Of a DNA stretch of 64,000 bases, positions 63,501-64,000 are shown piece after piece. Positions within the stretch are counted from its first letter, which is position 1. Each line of letters begins with the position of its first letter. The position numbers and the translations under genes are program-made. The stretch comes from Octopus bimaculoides (Eukaryota). The stretch is taken from the NCBI RefSeq assembly GCF_001194135.2, contig NC_068981.1, positions 192,534,721-192,598,720 of the forward strand. Direction: 5' to 3'. The notes beneath the pieces are model-generated. The model did not search any database. It saw nothing but the letters and a program-made list of their open reading frames with translations, and had not been told where the DNA came from.

Positions 63501-63560
63501 CTATACAAGAAATATGCATCAAATATTTTCCTCTGTGACATTTGGCAAAGATATAGAATG
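668..63560 (+). CDS. STAB2: Stabilin-like FAS1/EGF scavenger receptor, spliced, 36 exons in window, partial at both ends
   Basis: 36 exons with AG/GT boundaries join in phase into one open frame (4078 nt). Domain order (EGF, FAS1 x2, CxxC linker, EGF cluster, FAS1 x2, linker, EGF cluster, FAS1, TM) matches the C-terminal part of vertebrate stabilins. Symbol means stabilin-2-like; STAB1 versus STAB2 orthology cannot be resolved. Confidence 0.9.
1412..1783 (+). mobile_element. fold-back element family P1, copy 1 (one inner arm partly deleted; tail on the left)
   Basis: inverted arms GAGTAAAGATT...CCAGCTGGCT / AGCCAGCTGG...AATCTTTACTC; same sequence at 7872, 46213 and 58037. Confidence 0.88.
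1575..1619 (+). ncRNA. type-I hammerhead ribozyme-like motif (partly decayed) in the P1 loop
   Basis: TCTGTG-TTGATGA-A-AGG(AAATAA)CCC-G-GAAA-T(CGCA)AT-A-CACAGA. Confidence 0.55.
2027..2453 (-). mobile_element. Tc1/mariner-superfamily transposase remnant with TIR end (maT/DD37D-like motifs)
   Basis: TA-CAGGGTG end at 2027; minus frame QDGATAH...[16 protein letters not shown]; runs into gap. Confidence 0.82.
2454..2686. other. assembly gap (others: 19717-20360, 25226-25753, 27847-28107, 49608-49749, 53255-53470)
   Basis: runs of N, mostly flanked by microsatellites. Confidence 0.99.
2687..3283 (+). mobile_element. RTE LINE 3' end (tandem-unit UTR plus GAT tail)
   Basis: ends CCAACCCATGCTAGCATGGAAAGTGGACGTTAAACGAT; same tail as the RT-bearing copy at 3873-5133. 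Confidence 0.75.
3285..3450 (-). mobile_element. repeat family P3 with hammerhead-like motif (copies also at about 37780-37965, 53790-53900, 55360-55520)
   Basis: shared AAATTTACAGAAAA...TATTAGTTTGA...GTTTCGAGCCTATGCTCTT. Confidence 0.7.
3873..5133 (-). mobile_element. 5'-truncated RTE-clade LINE (C-terminal RT region, 3' UTR, (GAT)n tail)
   Basis: minus ORF ...[11 protein letters not shown]...[12 protein letters not shown]...LHGSETW; then [17 protein letters not shown]; (CAT)n at the left end. Confidence 0.88.
5365..5835. mobile_element. divergent pair of RTE-type tails (CAT tail left, GAT tail right)
   Basis: TTAATGTCC..CATGCTGACATGGG ... CTCATGCAAGCATGGAAAGCGGACGTTAA(GAT)n. Confidence 0.65.
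5988..6152 (+). CDS. exon 2 (FAS1): [10 protein letters not shown]...[21 protein letters not shown]
   Basis: ttcatAG/GTAAGT; FAS1 H1 motif YTVFVP; phase 0/0. Confidence 0.92.
7872..8303 (-). mobile_element. fold-back element family P1, copy 2 (most complete)
   Basis: arms 7872-8036 and 8082-8248 are reverse complements with about 7 mismatches; one-sided 55-nt tail to 8303. Confidence 0.92.
8037..8081 (-). ncRNA. type-I hammerhead ribozyme motif forming the apical loop of P1
   Basis: minus strand UCUGUG-CUGACGA-A-GGG(AAAUAA)CCU-G-GAAA-U(CGCG)AU-A-UACAGA: stems I, II, III and core present. Confidence 0.7.
8317..8457 (+). CDS. exon 3 (FAS1): [47 protein letters not shown]
   Basis: tttcAG/GTAAAA; ILRQHI and TLQG FAS1 motifs; phase 0/0. 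Confidence 0.9.
8716..8938 (-). mobile_element. TTAA-flanked MITE (piggyBac-like ends); related copies at 20672-21282, 28728-28949, 28970-29056
   Basis: TTAA-CCCTTTTGATAC ... GTAACAAAAGAA-TTAA. Confidence 0.7.
9019..9395. mobile_element. divergent pair of RTE-type tails flanked by (CAT)n and (GAT)n
   Basis: left CATTTAACTTCCGCTTTCCATGCTGACATGGGTTGG is the reverse complement of right CCAATCCATGCAAGCATGGAAAAGAGGATGTTAA. Confidence 0.7.
10007..10153 (+). CDS. exon 4 (FAS1): GKKLILKF...[27 protein letters not shown]
   Basis: ttctAG/GTAAGT; FAS1 H2 motif [12 protein letters not shown]. Confidence 0.92.
10215..10460 (+). mobile_element. RTE-type 3' fragment; more copies at about 21823-22080(-), 31478-31640(+), 35145-35335(-), 37173-37375(-), 47380-47695(-), 49750-49982(+), 54520-54800(+), 57700-57790(+), 59428-59580(-), 62170-62548(+)
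   Basis: shared GGCGTTAGGAAGGGCATCCAGCTGTAGAAA...CATGCCAGCATGGAAA..GGACGTTAAA(TGA)n. Confidence 0.75.
10985..11520 (+). mobile_element. degenerate mariner (DD34D-type) transposase remnant
   Basis: [19 protein letters not shown]...QWFQKF*...[17 protein letters not shown]...GQWVPHKL; stops and frameshifts. Confidence 0.88.
11814..11876 (+). CDS. exon 5 (FAS1 start): [21 protein letters not shown]
   Basis: ttgtAG/GTAAGT; 63 nt, phase 0/0. Confidence 0.85.
12327..12663 (-). mobile_element. tRNA-derived composite SINE with internal microsatellite; copies at about 22548-22760(-), 22777-23190(+), 24826-25060(-), 29688-30100(-), 33938-34135(-), 36920-37580(-), 51305-51625(-), 53195-53650(-), 56215-57105(+), 61955-62170(-)
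   Basis: head GGCTGTGTGGTAAG...GGGTTCAGTCCCAC (B-box-like), middle (TA/TG)n, tail CCAGCATGGCCACAGTCAAATGACTGAAACAAGTAAAAG. Confidence 0.85.
14076..14189 (+). CDS. exon 6 (FAS1): [38 protein letters not shown]
   Basis: ttacAG/GTAAAT; TGL..ITVFLP H1 motif. Confidence 0.9.
14339..14389 (+). CDS. exon 7 (FAS1): [17 protein letters not shown]
   Basis: ttgcAG/GTACAA (weak donor); LVKNHL resembles the FAS1 LLxYH motif; keeps frame. Confidence 0.72.
16300..16380 (+). CDS. exon 8 (FAS1): [27 protein letters not shown]
   Basis: taccAG/GTAAGT; phase 0/0. Confidence 0.85.
16960..17150 (-). mobile_element. SINE family with TCCTTGAGCAAGACACTT core (best copy 63066-63360 +)
   Basis: reverse complement of the 63066 element body. 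Confidence 0.65.
18015..18170 (+). CDS. exon 9 (FAS1 end): [52 protein letters not shown]
   Basis: gagtAG/GTAAGT; [12 protein letters not shown]2 motif. Confidence 0.92.
19354..19413 (+). CDS. exon 10 (Cys linker): [20 protein letters not shown]
   Basis: ttgcAG/GTAAGT; matches the stabilin GECGSC..C linker. Confidence 0.88.
19508..19716 (-). mobile_element. hammerhead-tail SINE family P2 (degenerate core); head probably in the gap
   Basis: minus: (AAT)n-ATCGAAAAATAGCTTAGG...ACAT-CTTATGA-A-GGCTG..CAGCC-AAGA-CGTT-GTGT. Confidence 0.75.
20878..21200. repeat. long spacer-less palindrome nested in a TTAA MITE
   Basis: outer arms about 20878-20975 and 21102-21200; inner arms meet at AGTTCATGAACT near 21030. 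Confidence 0.88.
21324..21419 (+). CDS. exon 11 (Cys linker): [32 protein letters not shown]
   Basis: tgtcAG/GTAAGT; C.Y...GC...C pattern of stabilins. Confidence 0.88.
22319..22405 (+). CDS. exon 12: [29 protein letters not shown]
   Basis: tttcAG/GTAAAC; CC.GFFGP.C..CPG motif. Confidence 0.92.
23200..23582. repeat. inverted pair of SINE 5' halves around (TA)n
   Basis: + half 23200-23335, (TA)n, - half 23428-23582. Confidence 0.85.
24473..24710. mobile_element. inverted pair of P2 tails; hammerhead motif on + at 24575-24620
   Basis: GCAC-CTGATGA-A-GGCTG..CAGGC-GAAA-TGTT-GTGT; arms ATTATTTACATTTGA...CAACA / TGTTG...TCAAATGTAAATAAT. Confidence 0.75.
25943..26170 (+). mobile_element. tRNA-derived SINE, second family (copies at about 28490-28690 -, 31233-31420 +, 31975-32190 -, 57095-57370 -, 58790-59005 -, 62565-62770 +)
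   Basis: GGCGGCGAGCTGGCTGAAACGTTAGC head, GAGTTCAAATTCC B-box, body GCCTTTCATCCTTTCGGGGTCGATAAA. Confidence 0.85.
26473..27135 (+). mobile_element. degenerate mariner transposase remnant
   Basis: EQRAMI*FLWLEG...VYEWIKKFK...[20 protein letters not shown]; several stops. Confidence 0.85.
27276..27387 (+). CDS. exon 13 (laminin-type EGF): [37 protein letters not shown]
   Basis: tcacAG/GTAAGT; phase 0 in, 1 out. Confidence 0.92.
28244..28421 (+). CDS. exon 14 (EGF): [19 protein letters not shown]...[13 protein letters not shown]
   Basis: ttgcAG/GTTTGT; phase 1 in, 2 out. Confidence 0.9.
29302..29389 (+). CDS. exon 15 (EGF): [29 protein letters not shown]
   Basis: tttcAG/GTGAGT; phase 2 in, 0 out. 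Confidence 0.92.
29456..29582. mobile_element. 127-bp Tc1/mariner-type MITE
   Basis: TIRs CAGGGTGTCCACAAAGTCT..GTACATGG / CCATGTAC..AGACTTTGTGGACACCCTG; TA on the left, CA on the right. Confidence 0.85.
30251..30500 (+). mobile_element. complete P2 element: tRNA-like head, (AAT)n, hammerhead-bearing tail
   Basis: A-box TGGTGTAGTGG 30258, B-box GAGTTCAATTCC 30301, ACAC-CTGATGA-A-GGTTG..CAGCC-AAAA-CGT at 30404-30442. Confidence 0.75.
30910..31062 (+). CDS. exon 16 (EGF): [26 protein letters not shown]...CQLSGPGG
   Basis: ttgtAG/GTAAGT; phase 0/0. Confidence 0.92.
32223..32318 (+). CDS. exon 17 (EGF): [32 protein letters not shown]
   Basis: tttcAG/GTAAGT; phase 0/0. Confidence 0.92.
32728..32825 (+). 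mobile_element. degenerate P2-like hammerhead tail
   Basis: AAGACAC-CTGAAAA-A-GACTG-GAGTGTACAA-CAGGT-GAAA-CAT. Confidence 0.45.
32908..33051 (+). CDS. exon 18 (EGF/FAS1 start): [26 protein letters not shown]...LSDLLK
   Basis: aatcAG/GTAAGT; phase 0/0. Confidence 0.92.
33726..33859 (+). CDS. exon 19 (FAS1): [22 protein letters not shown]...SNILDLI
   Basis: ttgcAG/GTGAGT; YTFLAPNN H1 motif; phase 0 in, 2 out. Confidence 0.9.
34720..34956 (+). mobile_element. Helitron Pif1-type helicase fragment
   Basis: [39 protein letters not shown]...IPKI matches the Helitron G.PPH.L.LK.G.P...RNL.P..LCNGT motif. Confidence 0.85.
35819..35930 (+). CDS. exon 20 (FAS1): [37 protein letters not shown]
   Basis: ttacAG/GTAAAC; phase 2 in, 0 out. 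Confidence 0.87.
35990..36400. repeat. long imperfect (CA)n array preceded by (CTG)/(CTA)/(CCA) triplets
   Basis: direct reading. Confidence 0.95.
36577..36666 (+). CDS. exon 21 (FAS1 end): [30 protein letters not shown]
   Basis: ttaaAG/GTAAGA; [10 protein letters not shown]2 motif. Confidence 0.92.
38307..38402 (+). CDS. exon 22: [32 protein letters not shown]
   Basis: ttttAG/GTAAAT; YSTF..L FAS1 start. Confidence 0.88.
40186..40410. mobile_element. second TTAA-type MITE family (fragments also near 11530-11630 and 19165-19275)
   Basis: TAA-CCCTTTAACATT ... AATGTAATCCAAAAG-TTAA; shared AAAACAGGTAGAATATT core. Confidence 0.55.
40455..40547 (+). CDS. exon 23 (FAS1): [31 protein letters not shown]
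   Basis: aaatAG/GTAAGT; YTLFVP H1 motif. Confidence 0.88.
42662..42790 (+). CDS. exon 24 (FAS1): [43 protein letters not shown]
   Basis: ttacAG/GTTAGT; VLSYYI and KTSLG motifs. Confidence 0.87.
42836..43055. repeat. minisatellite of about 40-50-bp CT/CA units ending CTCATTTT
   Basis: repeated TCTCTCTCCCACACACCTCATTTT. Confidence 0.85.
43582..43710 (+). CDS. exon 25 (FAS1 end): [43 protein letters not shown]
   Basis: tgtcAG/GTTTGT; VFVN and GIIHII motifs. Confidence 0.9.
44000..44270 (-). mobile_element. degenerate RTE-like LINE C-terminus
   Basis: minus frames give [11 protein letters not shown] and, after a frameshift, [21 protein letters not shown] (C..C.RDC...GL.SH pattern). Confidence 0.6.
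45770..46170 (-). mobile_element. possible old LINE RT C-terminal remnant
   Basis: minus [14 protein letters not shown] resembles RGRPRxRWLDNI; heavily decayed. Confidence 0.4.
46213..46545 (-). mobile_element. fold-back element P1, copy 3 (hammerhead loop deleted)
   Basis: same arms and tail as 7872-8303; centre collapsed at CCCCCACTAT/ATATAAGGAC. Confidence 0.88.
47008..47148 (+). CDS. exon 26 (Cys linker): [16 protein letters not shown]...[11 protein letters not shown]
   Basis: ttttAG/GTAAGT; parallels exons 10-11. Confidence 0.9.
48770..49180 (-). mobile_element. 5'-truncated R4/Dong-like non-LTR retrotransposon (restriction-like endonuclease C-terminus) in (TAA)n
   Basis: minus [12 protein letters not shown]...[20 protein letters not shown]...PIVIGALG...[13 protein letters not shown]; flanked by (ATT)n both sides. 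Confidence 0.8.
49264..49306 (+). CDS. exon 27: [14 protein letters not shown]
   Basis: ttccAG/GTAAGT; phase 0 in, 1 out. Confidence 0.88.
50105..50251 (+). CDS. exon 28 (laminin-type EGF): [49 protein letters not shown]
   Basis: ttccAG/GTAAGA; phase 1/1. Confidence 0.88.
50974..51155 (+). CDS. exon 29 (EGF): [13 protein letters not shown]...[17 protein letters not shown]
   Basis: ttgcAG/GTAAGA; phase 1 in, 0 out. Confidence 0.9.
51758..52215 (-). mobile_element. RTE LINE 3' fragment, diverged subfamily
   Basis: minus [20 protein letters not shown]..., standard tail and (CAT)n. Confidence 0.7.
52334..52475 (+). CDS. exon 30 (EGF): [21 protein letters not shown]...[13 protein letters not shown]
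   Basis: catcAG/GTACAT; phase 0 in, 1 out. Confidence 0.9.
52877..53004 (+). CDS. exon 31 (EGF end): [43 protein letters not shown]
   Basis: ttttAG/GTAAGT; phase 1 in, 0 out. Confidence 0.9.
54314..54433 (+). CDS. exon 32 (last FAS1): [40 protein letters not shown]
   Basis: tttcAG/GTAAGA; ITVFVP motif. Confidence 0.9.
55967..56098 (+). CDS. exon 33 (FAS1): [17 protein letters not shown]...[18 protein letters not shown]
   Basis: tttcAG/GTAAGT; KTLAG motif. Confidence 0.9.
56408..56915 (-). mobile_element. internally deleted Tc1/mariner (maT-like) element nested in a SINE
   Basis: TA-CAGGGTGGCCC...GGGCCACCCTG-TA; minus [41 protein letters not shown]. Confidence 0.9.
58037..58363 (-). mobile_element. 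fold-back element P1, copy 4 (loop deleted, internal 20-bp duplication)
   Basis: same arms and tail; centre has ATCTGTGTCCTTATATTTTCGAAAA twice. Confidence 0.88.
58431..58553 (+). CDS. exon 34 (FAS1 end): [41 protein letters not shown]
   Basis: attcAG/GTAAGT; NGYIHIV motif. Confidence 0.92.
59821..59844 (+). CDS. exon 35, 24-nt microexon (juxtamembrane stalk): VKEEGPHR
   Basis: ttctttgtAG acceptor, GTGAGT donor at 59845; frame-preserving; no homology support. Confidence 0.65.
59905..61580 (+). promoter_or_regulatory. ACTAAY-rich tract downstream of the microexon (candidate STAR/QKI splicing element), interrupted by repeats
   Basis: about 20 ACTAAC/ACTAAT counted by eye on + in 59905-60560 and 61420-61580. 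Confidence 0.45.
60630..61328 (+). mobile_element. RTE LINE 3' end with about 5 tandem UTR units and (GAT)n tail
   Basis: repeated GCCAGTGCTGCCTGACTGG...GGTGGCAC..AAGCACC. Confidence 0.78.
63066..63360 (+). mobile_element. tRNA-derived SINE, third family
   Basis: TAGCTTAGTGGTTAG A-box, GAGTTCAATTCC B-box, TCCTTGAGCAAGACACTT core. Confidence 0.78.
63444..63560 (+). CDS. exon 36 (transmembrane helix and start of tail): [39 protein letters not shown]
   Basis: cgacAG/GTAAGT; about 20 hydrophobic residues followed by YKK. Confidence 0.9.
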
Positions 63561-63967
63561 GTAAGTATTAAGATGCCTTTATAAAGGTATTTCCAAATAT
63601 TTCTTAGGTATAGAAGTTAAGAAAACATGTTTTGCATCTGTGTTTCCTTGGTTCAATCCCATGGTTTATCAGCAGCCGAGGCTGAGTGTGTTCAACCATA
63701 GCCTCAGGTTGCACATGAAATTTGGTTGAGCATCTGTGCATAAGCCTTTCATACACACAAATACACATATCAAAGTGTGTGTGTGTGTGTATGCATGGGT
63801 GTTTACATTCTGCACTGAGATGACAAGTTTCCCTGCAACTTGGTTCTTTCAAAGCAAAGTGGAATAAAACTCCCTGACTTGAAAAAACCAGATAAGTTTC
63901 AAGACAGAAAGAGCAATGCCTCAGTAATAACCCATGCTAGCATGGAATCATGGATGTAAAACAAATG

Positions 63968-64000
<33 letters not shown>

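Overview
AT-rich, microsatellite-dense eukaryotic DNA with six assembly gaps. The repeat landscape suggests a coleoid cephalopod, most likely Octopus (inference). The window lies inside one + strand gene for a stabilin-like FAS1/EGF type-I membrane receptor. I traced 36 GT-AG exons (668-63560, 4078 nt, one uninterrupted frame of about 1359 codons): EGF end, 2 FAS1, a full EGF cluster, 2 FAS1, a shortened EGF cluster with no Link module, 1 FAS1, a 24-nt microexon and the transmembrane helix. Both gene ends lie outside the window. Introns hold tRNA-derived SINEs, RTE LINE 3' ends, an R4/Dong-like fragment, mariner/Tc1 remnants, TTAA and TA MITEs, a Helitron helicase fragment and long palindromes. 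Best leads: (1) three repeat families carry minimal type-I hammerhead ribozyme motifs, including a ~165-bp fold-back element whose apical loop is a hammerhead and a tRNA-headed SINE with a hammerhead tail; (2) three A-for-G substitutions (C>Y, G>R, C>Y) in one EGF motif that A-to-I editing could restore; (3) about 20 ACTAAY (STAR/QKI-type) motifs just downstream of the microexon. All calls are by eye, with no database searches. Repeat boundaries are approximate.
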